Notes under the pieces: generated by a model | Told to the model about the DNA's origin: nothing | The model's input: only the letters and a program-made list of their open reading frames with translations | Database searches by the model: none | Program-made: the position numbers and the translations under genes | Assembly: GCA_964016885.1 (NCBI GenBank) | Contig: OZ024747.1 | Coordinates: forward strand, 78,616,001-78,680,000 | Direction of reading: 5' to 3' | Length of the DNA: 64,000 bases | DNA from: Eledone cirrhosa | Lineage: Eukaryota | Shown: positions 62,313-64,000 of the stretch, piece by piece | How the letters are laid out: each line of letters begins with the position of its first letter | Position numbering within the stretch: position 1 is the stretch's first letter

Positions 62313-62407
62313 TTATGTCTGCCAAAGGAAATAGTGGAATAATTGAAGAGGTTCTTATGGGAACTGAAATCACATCGAACTTAGTTTCTATATAACTGTT
62401 GTCTACC

Positions 62408-63016
62408 AATAATAATTGTTTCTACTTTTGGCACAAGGCTAGCAATTACCCAGTAGATTACTGGTACTTTATTTTATCGACCCCGTAAGGATGAAAAGCA
62501 AAGTTAACCTCGGCGGGATTTGAACTTAGAATGGCAAGGACCGTAACTCTATGCGTCAAAGCATGGCATCCGACCCTCTACCGATACTGCCAATTCACTA
62601 CCAATATTAATGATGGTTTCTAATGTAAGCATAAAGTGAACAATTTAGAGGAAGGAGAGAGGAAAGTCCATTAAATTGACCCCACTACTTTAATCAACCC
62701 CAGAAGTACAAAAGACAAAGTTGACCTCAGATTGGTAGAGAGCTGCAACAACTACTGCAAAGCATTTTGTCCAATGCTAGAACCATTCTGCCAATCTACT
62801 GCCTTAGTTCACTAATAATAATAATAATGGTTTCTGATTTAAGCACAAGGCCAACAATTTTAGGGGAGGGGAAAGCTGTTTAAAGCAACCCCAGTGCATT
62901 ACTGGTACTTTATTTTATCGACCCTGTAAGAATGAAAGGCAAAGCTAACCTCAGTGGAGGGCCGTAACTATATGCCACAAAGCATTTTGTCTGACACTCT
63001 ACCGATATTGCCAATC
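62408..63016 (-). mobile_element. Three head-to-tail SINE copies (62408-62597, ~62610-62805, ~62815-63016)
   Basis: Each has tail, core and head motifs. The first is flanked by CTACCAATA(A/T)TAAT. Confidence 0.85.
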
Positions 63017-64000
63017 CTAATAACAACACAACTAAAACAAAATAGTTCCAGTTATTTGTTAAGCTCTTAATTCACTAAATAAAAAAAAAATTAAAATTAA
63101 AAAATTGATATCTCCCAGACATTTCATGCTCCAAAAAGTTGTAGAAGACTGCACATATGAAAATCACAAGAAAGTTCTTCATGAGAAGTAAAGTCCAGAA
63201 CTTTTGTTTAGACCTGGGTAATTTCATAAGAAAAAGAGCCGCTCATGAGATCACATAAGGAAACTATGTTCCAATTGGTTTTCCATTGTTGATACTGTCT
63301 GCCAGTTGAAACTCTTGGCAAGACACATCAATGATTTTCTGGTGGCAAGAGGCAGAGTTAGAATTCAGAATGTACAAAGTTAGAACAGATATCACAAAAT
63401 ATCTTGTACAACTCTTTAACAATTCTGAACTGGTATTTATTTATTAACTCTGAAATGACGATAGCAAAGTTGACCTCAGGGGAATTTGAACACAGAGTAC
63501 AGAGATCAATCGGACAGTCAAACACCTCTGCCAATAAAAAAAAAAAAAAAAAATCTTTATTCCTACCTATCACTTAATCTCCCTCTCACCATCACCGTCT
63601 CTCTCCCTTTATTGTTTCCAGTAGGATTTAAACTTACAAGTAATGAGATGTAACTAAATTCTACAAAACATTTTGTTTCATTCTCTACCAATTCTCCAGT
63701 CAAAATAATTTTTTAAAACGTATACAAAGAAGATTTGCAATGTCTTCCCCCCCACCCCAACTATAATTTCATATCAACTGCTCAAAAGACTTTGTAGAAA
63801 TTAGAGACATAGTTCTATATATTTTTTCATTAGAGATTGGTATCCAACTAGGCTATGTAGATTTTTCTGTTTACATTAACACTTTTGATACCAAACTGTA
63901 TAAAACTGTTTCAGGTTTTATCATACAATGCTGTATATTATAAAGTGCTTATATTTATCTAAAACCTACCATCAAAATATTATGTTGGAACGTTTGATCC

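Noticed and set aside
63250-63345. Possible additional upstream HDAC4 exon
   Set aside because: The frame after the candidate AG hits a stop before any good donor and has no HDAC similarity. It loosely resembles 39700-39750, so it is probably a decayed repeat.

Overview
Eukaryotic, AT-rich, microsatellite-laden DNA. The repeat landscape looks invertebrate and resembles octopod cephalopods, but that taxon call is inference. The window has three parts. (1) 1-~23,363 is a homogeneous 52-bp satellite array (~449 monomers, open at the left edge) with nested higher-order periods of 520, 3,057 and 5,908 bp. (2) ~23.4-43.1 kb is non-coding: SINEs, a piggyBac MITE, a 200-N assembly gap and multi-kb (TA)n-type tracts that account for most ORFs in the track. 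(3) 43,181-61,489 on the minus strand holds the 3' 14 coding exons of a class IIa histone deacetylase (HDAC4-like). All have GT-AG boundaries and consistent phases, giving 1,647 nt = 548 aa + stop, and the catalytic Tyr (LEGGY) is retained. The introns contain a dead full-length piggyBac, a truncated second copy, matching MITEs, many tRNA-derived SINEs (one a fold-back pair) and a Tigger-like terminus that seeded a 49-bp minisatellite. I found no clearly new gene system. The best leads are the satellite's higher-order architecture, the Tigger4-like terminus, piggyBac termini clustered just upstream of 3' splice sites, and SINE orientation and fold-back structure.
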